Below are positions 1 to 10,922 of a stretch of 64,000 nt of DNA, one piece after another. The notes under the pieces are model-generated. The model did no database searches and was not told the DNA's origin. It was given only the letters and a program-made list of their open reading frames with translations. The stretch comes from Eledone cirrhosa. Taxonomy: Eukaryota. A program made the position numbers and the translations under genes. The DNA lies in NCBI GenBank assembly GCA_964016885.1, contig OZ024740.1, positions 102,362,001 to 102,426,000 of the forward strand, given 5' to 3'. How positions within the stretch are numbered: position 1 is the first letter of the stretch; each line of letters opens with the position of its first letter.

Positions 1-530
1 TCAGGAAAATAGAGGGATTTAGTAATGTAACTAACTTTCTCTTTGATTATAAGATGCTTGGAACATAAAATTATGTCAAGGACATGACAACCTCCCAAAT
101 GTTGGTGATAGACATACTGTAGTGTTTGGTGATAGGAAGGGCATCCAGCCATAGAAATCTTGCCAAACAAAGGGTTGGAAGGACCCTCAGTTGTGTCAAA
201 ATCATGACAACTCCTGTGCACTCAGTGGACCATTGAACCATACATAAGAGAGACACATATCCCTGGCCTGCCTGAGAGATATGTAACTCTGCTTCAGTAC
301 TGACTTGGTCTATGTAGATCCATCCAACTCTTAGTAGCAGGGAAAATGGACATTAAAACGACGACGATAATGATGATGATGTTAAGCACTTTGAAATAAA
401 CAGTTTTGTATCACAGAACCAGGGGCAGTTTCAGGTAGTTTGTTTCGAGTGTATCAAAAGAATGACTGGGAACAATACTTAGAGACACCTGATGCATGAA
501 AATCTAACAGTAAAGTGTAACTAGCATACT

Positions 531-927
531 TGACATTTTAGTAATTAAAATTAAACTTCACTGATGAGAACAATCACTATCAAAATTACTAATTATAGCA
601 ATATAAAAAAAAAGCTGGAGAAGTAACCCCCAAATTTTAATTATTAAAATTAATTAAATATGCCGTGCAATGGAGCTGTGTCTGATCTTTGGTTGTATGA
701 AGACAATTCCGGACATTGACTGTTAATATCCACCACTTTACTATGACATTGTCATACACCAGGTGTCTTACTCAATCTCATTACATTCAATATTTAATTA
801 ACTTTGATTGATTAATATTTCAGGACTCTCACTCCCATGCATTATTTTTTTTTATTATTTATCAGAATTAGTCATTTTGATATTGATTGTTTTCATCACT
901 AAAGGTGTAACTTTAATTAAAATGTCA
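531..927. mobile_element. Diverged AT-rich MITE/fold-back element (~130-bp inverted arms, ~130-bp spacer)
   Basis: 531-660 (tgacatttta...ctgatgagaacaatcactatcaaaattactaatt...aattaaatat) is the approximate reverse complement of 790-927 (...aattagtcattttgatattgattgttttcatcac...aaaatgtca). Confidence 0.6.
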
Positions 928-952
928 TAGCTTACTACATCAAATATCCTTG

Positions 953-1005
<53 letters not shown>

Positions 1006-1100
1006 GTAGAACACTGGAAGGTAATATCCATAGTGGTAAAGCACTCAGTCCATGGGACGAGTTAGGTAGAAGTGGTTGCACAACAGTTAGTTCACCATTC

Positions 1101-1138
1101 CGAGAACAATTGTTTCACCTTAGCGGATCTTCAGCTCA
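1101..1138 (-). ncRNA. Minimal type I hammerhead ribozyme motif (PLE type)
   Basis: Minus strand: tgag CTGAAGA tccgctaaggt GAA ACAATTGT T ctcg; stem I gag/ctc, palindromic stem III ACAATTGT, GUU triplet. Confidence 0.75.
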
Positions 1139-1528
1139 TAATCGACATGGTTATACAGAACAGGAAGAACAACCGTACGAACGAGCATGCACAGAAACGG
1201 TCAATTCACTCAGGCAATACTAAATTGCGTGTGAGAGGTCTAAGAGAGATAACTGCGAAAGTCCGAAAGTTTCTAGTTGATAAGAAAATTAGGATGTTGT
1301 TGTAATTCAATCTGGAGCTTTGTAGTTATGTAAGAGGTGTTTCCAGATTTGTGAACAACATGTGAAGAATTCATTTCTTGAGTTTAGGCAATCGCTATTA
1401 CGTAATCTCTTTAGAATATTTATTCGTTGATCAATACATAGTCCACACGATGGATTGCCCCTTGCATATGGCTTGGACTTAGTGATGGCTTTCCCTTGAA
1501 TGGAGTAGTCTATACTTGAGTCCTTGAG

Positions 1529-1678
1529 CCATACGCAAGGGGCAATCCGTCATGTGGCCTATGTATTGATCAACGAATAAATATTCTAAAGAGATTACGC
1601 AATAGCCATTGCCTAAACTCAAGAAATGAATTCTTCACACGTCCACACGTCTGGAAACACCTCTTACATAACTACAAA
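1529..1678 (+). pseudogene. C-terminal fragment of a PLE GIY-YIG endonuclease
   Basis: Translates PYARGNPSCGLCIDQRINILKRLRNSHCLNSRNEFFT...KHLLHNYK, matching the PY..CxLC..LNxRxE..K.LL.N pattern at the end of PLE ORFs as I recall it; mirrored on the minus strand of the left arm. Confidence 0.7.
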
Positions 1679-1855
1679 ACTCCAGATTGAATTACAACAT
1701 TCTAATTTTCTTATCAACTAGAAACTTTCGGACTTTCGTAGTTATCTCCCTTCCACCTCTCGCACGCAATTTAGTATTGCCTGAGTGAAGTGACTGTTTC
1801 TGCGCATGCGCATTCATATGGTTTTCCTTCTTGTTCCGTATAATCATGTCCATTA

Positions 1856-1893
1856 CGAGCTGAGGATCCGCTAAGGAGAAACAATTGATCTCG
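1856..1893 (+). ncRNA. Minimal type I hammerhead ribozyme motif (U16.1 mutated)
   Basis: cgag CTGAGGA tcc-gctaa-gga GAAA caattg at ctcg; stems I and II intact, cleavage-site U changed to A. Confidence 0.7.
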
Positions 1894-2349
1894 GTATGGT
1901 GAACTAACTGTTGTGTAACCACTTCTATATATATATATATATATATATAAATATATATATATAAATATATGTGTGTGTGTGTGTGTGTAGCTTCCTGGGT
2001 TGTGTCAGTTAAAAAAGGTACTCAATACATTTGTAGAGTATAGGCTTCTTTTATATATATATATCATCATTTTATGTCTGCTTTCCATCCAGGTATGGGA
2101 TGGGTGGGTTGTTTCAGTCTGAGTCACTTCTTCTTCAGAGTTATTGCCATCCTAGACAGGCTGGAAGACTACAGTTAGCAAATTGTAGCATGGTTTCTGG
2201 GTGCATTTCATCATGGTACCAATACTAAAAAGTTGACTTGCCTTGAGCAAAAAAGTCCTCCCTGTTCTATGTCATTTCCATTCTTTCAAAGGAAATGTGC
2301 CCAAGAATACAATTTTGAAAGTGAGTAAAGTGGCTGGAGGATAGAGTAA

Positions 2350-2371
2350 AAGAGGGAAAGAGAGAGAGAGA

Positions 2372-2435
<64 letters not shown>

Positions 2436-2437
2436 GT
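2350..2437. repeat. (GA)n microsatellite
   Basis: Direct inspection. Confidence 0.95.
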
Positions 2438-2483
2438 ATATGTGTGGGGTTTATGTATATATATATATATATATATATACATA

Positions 2484-4911
2484 GAGGTCAATCAAGGCCA
2501 AAAAGCAGGCTTGGAAAGCATGGCGGGATGGGGGAAGTAGAGAAGACTATCAAGTGGCCAGGAGGGAAGCTAGGAGACAAGTGTACTTCGCAAGAAGGTA
2601 AGCAGAGGAAAGAAAGTTCAAGCATGTTCTACAACGCGAGGACCAAAAACGTGAGGTGTTCAGGATTGCTAGGCAATGTGTCAAGGAAAACTGTGATATT
2701 GTCGGGGAGAAGTGTGTCCTAAATGATGATGGTGTACTTGCCATCACTGATGCTGATAAGAAAGTAGCTTGGAAGTGTCACTACGAAAGGCTACTAAATG
2801 AGGAGAATAATTGGGAGAAAGACAGTCTCCCCCACATCGACCCAATAGAGGGACCAGCAGTGCAAGTTGAAGGTAGTATAATAAGTAAGGCGATCAAAGA
2901 CATGAAGACGGGTAAGGCGGCTGGGCCTTCGGAAATAGTTGCCGAAATGCTGAAAGCATCTGGAACGGTGGGACACACTATGGTCACCCGGATAGTAAAC
3001 CAAGTCATACAGAATGGGGTCGTTCCGAAGGACTGGCGCAGCAGCATCATCATTAACTGCTACAAGGGTAAAGGTGATGCCCTAGATAGGGGAAACTATA
3101 GAGGCATTAAATTAATTGACCAGGTCATGAAGGTCACAGAAAAAGTAATAGCGCAACTAATCAGAGAGCGAATTGATCTAGACGAAATGCAGTTCGGGTT
3201 TGTGTCAGGTAAAAGTACAACAGACGCTCTTTTCATTGTACGACAACTACAGGAGAAGTACCTAGCTAAAAGTAAACCCCTATACTTAGCTTTTGTAGAC
3301 TTGGAGAAAGCCTTTGACAGAGTACCCCGCTCGATTATCTGGTGGGCCCTTAGAAAACTAGGTGTTGATGAATGGCTTGTGAGAGCTATACAAGCCATGT
3401 ATAAAGAAACAGCCAGCAAGGTTAGAATTAACAACGAATATAGTGAAGAGTTTAGCGTAAAAGTTGGTGTTCATCAGGGCTCCGTCCTTAGCCCCCTACT
3501 ATTTATTATTGCCCTTCAGGCTATAACAGAGGAGTTCAAGACCGGCTGCCCATGGGAACTCCTATATGCAGATGATCTAACGCTCATAGCTGAATCAATG
3601 GCTGAACTAGAGAAGAAATTCCAAACATGGAAGAATGGCCTAGAATCAAAAGGCCTTAAAGTTAACTTGTCTAAGACTAAAGTTCTAGTTTGTAGGAAGG
3701 AAAACAGGGCACCGGTCCCATCTGGGAAATGGCCATGCTCAGTGTGTAGGAAAGGAGTAGGTAGAAACTCCATTTTATGTCCCAAATGCAAAGTATGGGT
3801 ACATAAAAGATGTAGTGGGATCACAGGTAAACTATCTAAGAATATAGATTTTATATGTGGCCGGTGCTCTGGTGCAATAAGTAGCAGCAAGTGCCCACAG
3901 AATACTAACTCGTTCCATTGCACAGATGGTTCTATAGAAATAGTGGACAGCTTCCGTTACCTGGGTGATAAAATCAGCAGTGGAGGAGGGTGTTCTGAAA
4001 GTACAGTAGCTAGGGTCAGAACGGGATGGAAAAACTTCAGAGAGCTTATACCACTATTGGCCGCTAAAGGGTTCTCTCTAAAAATGAAGGGCAGGCTGTA
4101 TGATGGCTGCATACAAACAGCAATGTTGCATGGTAGTGAGACCTGGGCATTGTGTGCAGAGGATATACGCAGACTGGAGAGAAACGAAGCTTGCATGCTC
4201 CGCTGGATGTGTAATAGTAACATACGTGAACGGCAAAGCATAAATGTACTAAGGGAGAAATTAGAAATAAGAGGATCAGATGTTGTTTACTCGAGAGAAA
4301 ACTACGTTGGTATGGTCACGTGATGCGCATGAAAGACGACAGCTGTATAAAAAAGTGCAGGGCAATAAAAATAGATGGTAGCCACGGAATAGGCAGACCC
4401 AGAAAAACCTGAGACGACTTAATAAATTCCGACCTCACACACTTACACCTCTCCAAGGCAATGTCACTGGACCGAGAGCTTTGGCGCTAAACAGTAATAG
4501 AGAAGACCCGCCTTACCTAAGTACAAAGTGAAACCTACTACAGTCAGTAGGTATCTCTAACAAAATACACCCCCATCCCACTACCCCAACCCCATCCACA
4601 CCGCCCCCTTCTATGTAAAGTTATGTTGGTGCCACAACATCCAGCCCGAAACAAATGAGGTCGTGTAGGTGTCACGACAAAAAAACACGCAGTCCACGCT
4701 GTAATGTGGCCGTGTAGGCAACACGGTAAAAACCTCCCAGTTCCACACTGTAAATGTGGTTGGTGTTAGGAAGGGCATCCAGCCATAGAAAACCCGCCAG
4801 ATAGTCCTATGCGAGCAAGACAACCACTCTTGCCTCAAGTGGGAAAACCTCCGTCCAAACCCATGCAAGCGTGGAATATGGACGTTAAACGATGATGATG
4901 ATGATGATGAT
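2484..4911 (+). mobile_element. RTE-clade LINE, 5'-truncated copy 1, (GAT)n tail
   Basis: RT ORF followed by a 3' UTR ending gacgttaaac(gat)n; closely similar to the copies at ~6300 and 21365. Confidence 0.92.
2656..4323 (+). pseudogene. RTE reverse transcriptase with PHD-type finger (disrupted)
   Basis: Motifs NYRGIKL, FVDLEKAFDRVP, GVHQGSVLSPLLF, LLYADD, FRYLG. In-frame TAA upstream (~2598), 1-nt frameshift near 4273 and TGA near 4410 relative to the other copies. Confidence 0.92.
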
Positions 4912-5348
4912 ACATACAACATACATATATATATATATATATATCAGAATGAAGGCAGACCCGTTAAGGATGAAAGCAGCGATTCTTTGCTTGAACTTTA
5001 ATCTGTTCTTATAATGATTATATATATATACAGTGGGCAAAATTTTTGATGTGCAGATCAATCAATGATACTTATGTAACTCCATAACATTAGCCTAGAA
5101 AAAGCAGATCCATTCTAAAACAATGGATTAATTAACTACTTTCCTTTGTCTTATTCTGTCATTGTTTAACATTATACATCTGACTCAGTAATTTTGAATA
5201 CTCAATGACATACATAGGGATATCATCTTTGCATCAAAAACATATTTCACTTTGTTTCAATGAGATATTCACATCAATACTGCATCAAATTCTAAAATGG
5301 TTATAAATCCTACCTTGATTAGTTAGAAAACTATGCCAGTTTAGAATT

Positions 5349-5804
5349 TTTAGGAGATTAGTATCGGTGTACATACAACATAAAAAAGACAGTAAATACC
5401 GGTATGTGTGTTATAATAAAGTTTTTACTTCATGGAAGTCAAATGTATTAAATATTAAGGATTTGTTATCCGATGGTCATAACTCAAGGCTGAAGTTGGT
5501 AGAGAAAAGAAGAGATCTTTTCTAGCTGGTATTGACATCTTAGGCTCTCAGGATGCAAGTTGCATTGTTCTTGGTAACGAAGGATCATCAAGAAGGAATC
5601 ATCACAAGCTACGGTCACAGGTGTTACCACTTCAGAAATCAGGAGGCAAGAGGGAGATATCGAGGTAACCTGTTCCTTTTATAGGAATTGACCGGAAGTG
5701 ACCAACAGGGAGTCTGTCAATCCCAAAGGGAAGCAACTCTAGCTACTTCCTGTCTAGAGAGCGGTGATAAGATTGTCATGGCAAGGGAGGCAACTCTTGC
5801 TACA
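5349..5804 (-). mobile_element. Solo LTR (Gypsy-like) with 4-bp TSD AATT
   Basis: Minus strand starts TGTAGCAAG; the other end is TTTAGGAG (TG decayed). TSD aatt at 5345-5348 and 5805-5808; TATAAAAG on minus at ~5676-5683. It interrupts a unit whose empty-site version is at 6162-6273. Confidence 0.7.
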
Positions 5805-6299
5805 AATTCAAATTCTCCATTTTTCTCTCGAATTTTCAATTAATGTTTTACATATTTTTAATAATATGTCTCATTCTGTTGGACTCTTCCTAAAAACTAA
5901 CCTAGTATTATTATTAATTAATTATTCTAGAACCTTCCTGCATCTCGCTCGTAAACTTTGTAAACACTCTGCTCCTTCTCTCATACCCCCCCCCCTCCCG
6001 TCTGATCGCAAGTATAAAATAAATCTTGCTAGCTTCCCAAGGACAGAATTTATCTATCTAAATTATCTCATGGGCGATCTGTCGATTTTGAGAATGTAAG
6101 CAAAATACTTGTCTTTCCTTTTCCTGTAGTCGACTCAATAAGCAGTGTTTTAAACTCCTATCTATGCCAGTCTAGAATTCAAATTCTCCGTTTTTCTCTC
6201 GGATTTTCAATTAATATTTTACATGTTTTTAATAATATGTCTCATTCTGTTGGACCCTTCCAAAAAACTAATCTTTTCCTAAAGTTACCCATTTAACTA

Positions 6300-9000
6300 C
6301 ACACACCACCATGGTGTGTCTATAACGTCCAATCATAACTCAGCGGCTTATAGTAGGTTCTCTAACAAATAAGTATAGCAAAGCTACCACCTCGGTTACT
6401 ACTCCTTAAGTTTAGACCTGTTTGATGGGTTGACTGCGGAATTTGGAAAGTCTAAGCACTCAATGACAATGTCACAGATAAAGATAAATTCACCTCCCGC
6501 TGCAGGACGAGAATACAAGGTCCCCTCTTTATTTCAGACACGGATGACCAACATTTCCGTCTCCCACACACCTCCCAGCCCCTCCAACCCATCCATCCCA
6601 TCCTCCCAACTTCAGAGTTGGTACCATGAATGTAGGCACATTGAAAGGTCGCTCAAATGAGGTTGTAGAGATGCTTGAACGTAACGAAGTTGATGTTTGT
6701 TGATTTCAAGAGACTGGGTGGAGAGGGGCTCTGCCAGATTCATCGTGGGTAAAAAACGATGCTATAAACTTTTCTGGGTGGGAAATGAGAACGGACTGGG
6801 TAGTGTAAGAATTATGTTAGCTGAAAAATGGGTAGATAAGGTAATTGACGTAAATAGAGTGAATGACAGAATAATTAAAATAAGACTAGTTCTAAATAGA
6901 ACTACTGTGACAATAATATCCACTTATGCATCCCAATCTGGTCTACCTGACGTTATAAAGGACAGGTTCTATGAGATGCTAATGCACACTACCTCCCAAA
7001 TAACCGACAGTGACTACTTAATTACTGCTGGCGATCTAAACGGTCACATTGGACAACATAGTGATGGCTATGATGGAATCCATGGAGGCTATGGGGTTGG
7101 AAATAGAAATGAGGAGGGCTTCAGAATCCTGGAATTCTGTGACGCTAATAACTAACTATCTGTATCACAAACTTCAAAAAACGTGAAAACCACTTGATCA
7201 CCTATCAGGGGAACACACCAGCCAGATAGATTATATCCTTACTAGAAGACGGAACAAAGTATCTGTTGTAAACACTAAATCCCTCCCCCATGAAGAATGC
7301 ACCTCCCAACATAGCCTAGTAGTTAGTGACCTCATAGGCAGGAATAGACATACTCGACGACAGAGGAGGCCTACCTTGAGGAGAAGAATATGGAAGTTGA
7401 AGGACCCCATATCCAGTGACAAATTTAAAAGCTTATTACTTGATGCCTTTGACAATAAGGAAGAGCAATTAGAGACGTGCGATATAGAGGAACAGTGAGA
7501 ATTCTTGAAAGTGTACCTGCTGAAAGCAACGGATGAAATCTGTGGGTAGAGCAGACCTATAGGCAGGAGGAGAGTAACTTGGTGGTGGAACAGTAAGGTG
7601 GAGGAGACAATCAAGGCCAAAAAGCAGGCTTGGAAAGTATGGCAGGAGGGGGGAAGTAGTGAGCACTATCAAGTGGCCAGGAGAGAAGCTAGGAGACAAG
7701 TGTACCTTGCAAAAAGGGAAGCAGAGGAATGAAAGTTCAAGCATGTTCTACAACGTGAGGACCAAAAACGTTTGGTGTTCAGGATTGCTAGACAATGTGT
7801 CAAGGAAAACCGTGATATTATTGGGGAGAAGTGTGTCCATAATGATAATGGTGTACTTGCCCTCACTGATACTGATAAAAAGATAGCCTAGAAATGTCAC
7901 TACGAGAGACTATTAAATGAGGAGAATAAATGGGAAAAAGATAGTCTGCCCCAAATCGATCCAATAGAAGGACCAGCGGTGCAAGTTAAAGGTAGTATAA
8001 TAAGTAAGGCAATCAAAGATATGAAGACAGGCAAGGCAGCTGGGCCTTCGGAGATAGTTGCTGAGATGTTGAAAGCATCTGGAATGGTGGGACATACTAT
8101 GGTCACCCGTATAGTTAACCAAGTAATACAGAATGGGGTCATACCAAAAGACTTGCGTAGCAGCATCATCATTAACTGCTACAAAGGTAAAGGGGATGCT
8201 CTAGATAAGGGAAACTATAGAGGCATTAAGTTAGTTAACCAGGTCATGAAGGTCACAGAAAGAGTTATAGCACAACTAATCAGAGAGTGAATTGATCTAG
8301 ATGAAATGCAAAGCATAAATGAACTAAGTGAGAAATTAGGAATAAGAGGGATCAGATGCTGTTTACTTGAGAGAAGACTATGTTGGTATGGCCACGTGAT
8401 GCGCATGAAAGACAACAGCTGTATAAAAAAGTGCAGGGCAATCAAAATTGATGGTAGTTACGGAGTAGGTAGACCCAGAAAAACCTGGGACGATCTGATA
8501 AATTCCGACTATACACACTTGCAACTCTTTAAGACAATGTCACTGGACCGAGATCTTTGGCACTATGCAGTAATACAGAAGACCCGCCTTGCCTATGTAC
8601 AAAGCGAAACCTACAGTCAGTAGGCACCTCTTAACCAAATATACACCCCAATCCACTACCCTACCCTATCCTCCCACTCCCACCAACACCACCCTCTCTC
8701 TGTAAAGTTGGTACCACAACATCCAGTCCAATGAGATCGAGATCGAGATCGTGTAGGTGTCACGACAAAAAAACACAGTCCACGCTGTAATGTGGCTGTG
8801 TAGGTAACACAGTAAAAAGTTCCCAGTTCCACACTGTAAATGTGGTTGGTGTTAGGAAGGGCATCGAGCCGTAGAAAACCTGCCAGATAGTCCTATATGA
8901 GCGAGACATGGTCACCCGACCAACCTTGCCTCAAGTGGGACAACTCCCGTCTAACCCATGCTAGCGTGGAAGATGGACGTTAAACGAAGATGATGATGAC
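6300..9000 (+). mobile_element. RTE LINE copy 2 (APE endonuclease, internally deleted RT, 3' UTR)
   Basis: TMNVGTL...TAGDLNGH endonuclease motifs, several stops, an EMQ|SINEL junction at ~8310 and a (GAT)n tail; 5' boundary approximate. Confidence 0.88.
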
Positions 9001-9057
9001 AATATATATATAATAATGCAAGGATGATTTGTTAAGTCTTCATTACATTTATTGATT

Positions 9058-9142
9058 GGTGACATGCATTTCACTATTGATCACCTCAAGGTTCGATCTG
9101 TATCAATCTGGTCTGACTCTGGAATCAAAAGCTCGTCGGCCC
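9058..9142 (-). ncRNA. Degenerate type I hammerhead in a PLE-like fragment between (TA)n tracts
   Basis: Minus strand: ggg CCGACGA gcttttgatt...gatcaatagt GAA ATGCATGT C acc; 9 of 10 stem II pairs; stem III equals ACGCGCGT after three CpG decays. Confidence 0.55.
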
Positions 9143-9217
9143 TCTGCTGTTGTAATGACAGAATGAACATATAAAGCATAGTAATGTCTGTAACATTTTG
9201 CATTCATATGATGGTCA

Positions 9218-9300
<83 letters not shown>

Positions 9301-10024
9301 GAAGTACAAGTGAACAAGTCAGAATTTACTTCATTTATTCATTATATGATCGCTGTTATATATATTTTGATAATAACTGTTATGCAACAGTTATGACATG
9401 TTGACCTGCACTTCATTGTTTTAATCATACTCCGGAGTATGCACACCTGATTGTATACTTCATTGAAGGTGGGGGCTGCTTTTTCATGCTGGAAGGGGGG
9501 ATGTTTGAGAAATAAAATGGGGAAGCTGGTGCAGTCTAGTGGTGCAGACTAGTGTTCTCTACACATTTGCTTAATGCTGTGCAGACGCGAAAGCGGATCA
9601 TTTCCCCCCACCACCACCACCACCACACACACACTCGCACACGCACACACACACAGACAATGGTATAAATGTATTGGATACTCATTCTTTTGTTTATAAA
9701 TTCAAAAGTGAGTGGGGGTTGTGGTTGTGTGTGTGTTTTTGTGCATGCATCCAGCTGCAGAAAATTTGCCAAACTAAAAGTTGAGAAGACTCTTCCATTG
9801 TGTCAAGGGCACAACAACCTCTTTAGTGGTGGTGCCAAAATAAAAGGCACTTGGTAAAGTACAGGAACATGTGTAAGCAAGATGAAGCTACTGGCCCATG
9901 TATGAGGACAGAAACTTTGATTAAGTACTGATTTGGTCTGAGACAACTCTTGAACTCATGCTAGCATGGTGGTGTAATTAAGTTGGACATGGCCTGGGTC
10001 AATACTGGCTGGAACCTATCAACG

Positions 10025-10060
<36 letters not shown>

Positions 10061-10224
10061 TACACTTGTTTGCAACAATCTTATCAATTTATTTCATATA
10101 AATGCTTTACTTCATCATCACAACCATCATTCCAAATTATTGCAAATCATTTAGATTTAGTGCAACCATAAACACAGACACACTCACACTCACACACACA
10201 CACACACAAACATATAATATATAT

Positions 10225-10884
10225 ATTTAACAAAGGGTATAAAAAGTAATTGTTGGATGGTATTAACACTATTATTAAATGAAATAACATGAATAATAAG
10301 AATAAATGATTTGGTTTATATATCGTTTACTTCATGTGAATTAATTAAAAAGTACAATAAAACAGTTACCAAAAGTTGAGAAGGTTGACGTTGTCATTGT
10401 GAGTCTGAGACCATAGTGAGTGAGAGAGAGCAATGGTTTGTATACCTCTGAATGGTCTGTAGTAGTAGGTTGACGTTGTCGTTGTGAGTCTGAGAGAGTA
10501 ATGGTTTGTATACTTCTGAATGGTGTGTAGTAGTAGGTTGATGTTGTCGTTGTTAGTCTATTCTCTCTGTATCTCTGTAGACCACTGGGGTCTGTTGATA
10601 GCGCTGAATCTTTACATAGCTTGTTGTAATTCGTAGTGCTCCGATGGCTCTGTGTTTCTGTAGACCTCAAGGGCCTGAAGGTAGCGGTGAATCTTTACAG
10701 AGTTAGTTGTAGGCGTAATGCTCCGATCTTTCTGCTCAAGGTGGGAAAATATAGGCTTTATATACCTGTCGCTTTCTGCCTCCCACCTTTAGGGGATAGC
10801 CAACGCATCAACCTGTTCACACCAAAAGGGGGGTGACCTAGAATTTGACCTTTCGGTGTCACCCAAGGTTCAAGGCGTGGACAG
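10225..10884 (-). mobile_element. Solo-LTR-like element with internal ~70-bp tandem repeats, in TA microsatellite
   Basis: Minus strand begins T(A)TAGCGAGATC with a GTATATAAAG box at ~10756-10765; three aggttga(c/t)gttgtc units at 10381-10560. Confidence 0.5.
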
Positions 10885-10891
10885 ATCTCGC

Positions 10892-10922
<31 letters not shown>

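Larger units (their letters stand above)
1002..1927. mobile_element. 5'-truncated Penelope-like element (probably Naiad-type) as a head-to-head inverted duplication between (TA)n tracts
   Basis: Arms 1067-~1473 and ~1527-1927 are diverged reverse complements (mirror ORFs 1072+ and 1692-). The arms encode a GIY-YIG C-terminus and each carries an HHR motif. Both outer ends abut (TA)n. Confidence 0.8.

Noticed and set aside
561-580. CTGATGAG at 561 as a hammerhead core
   Set aside because: No stem II or GAAA follows; it lies in a MITE arm
1072-1922. Pair of similar 76-77 aa ORFs on opposite strands as a duplicated small gene
   Set aside because: They are the antisense reading of the non-coding pLTR/HHR arms; the similarity follows from the palindrome
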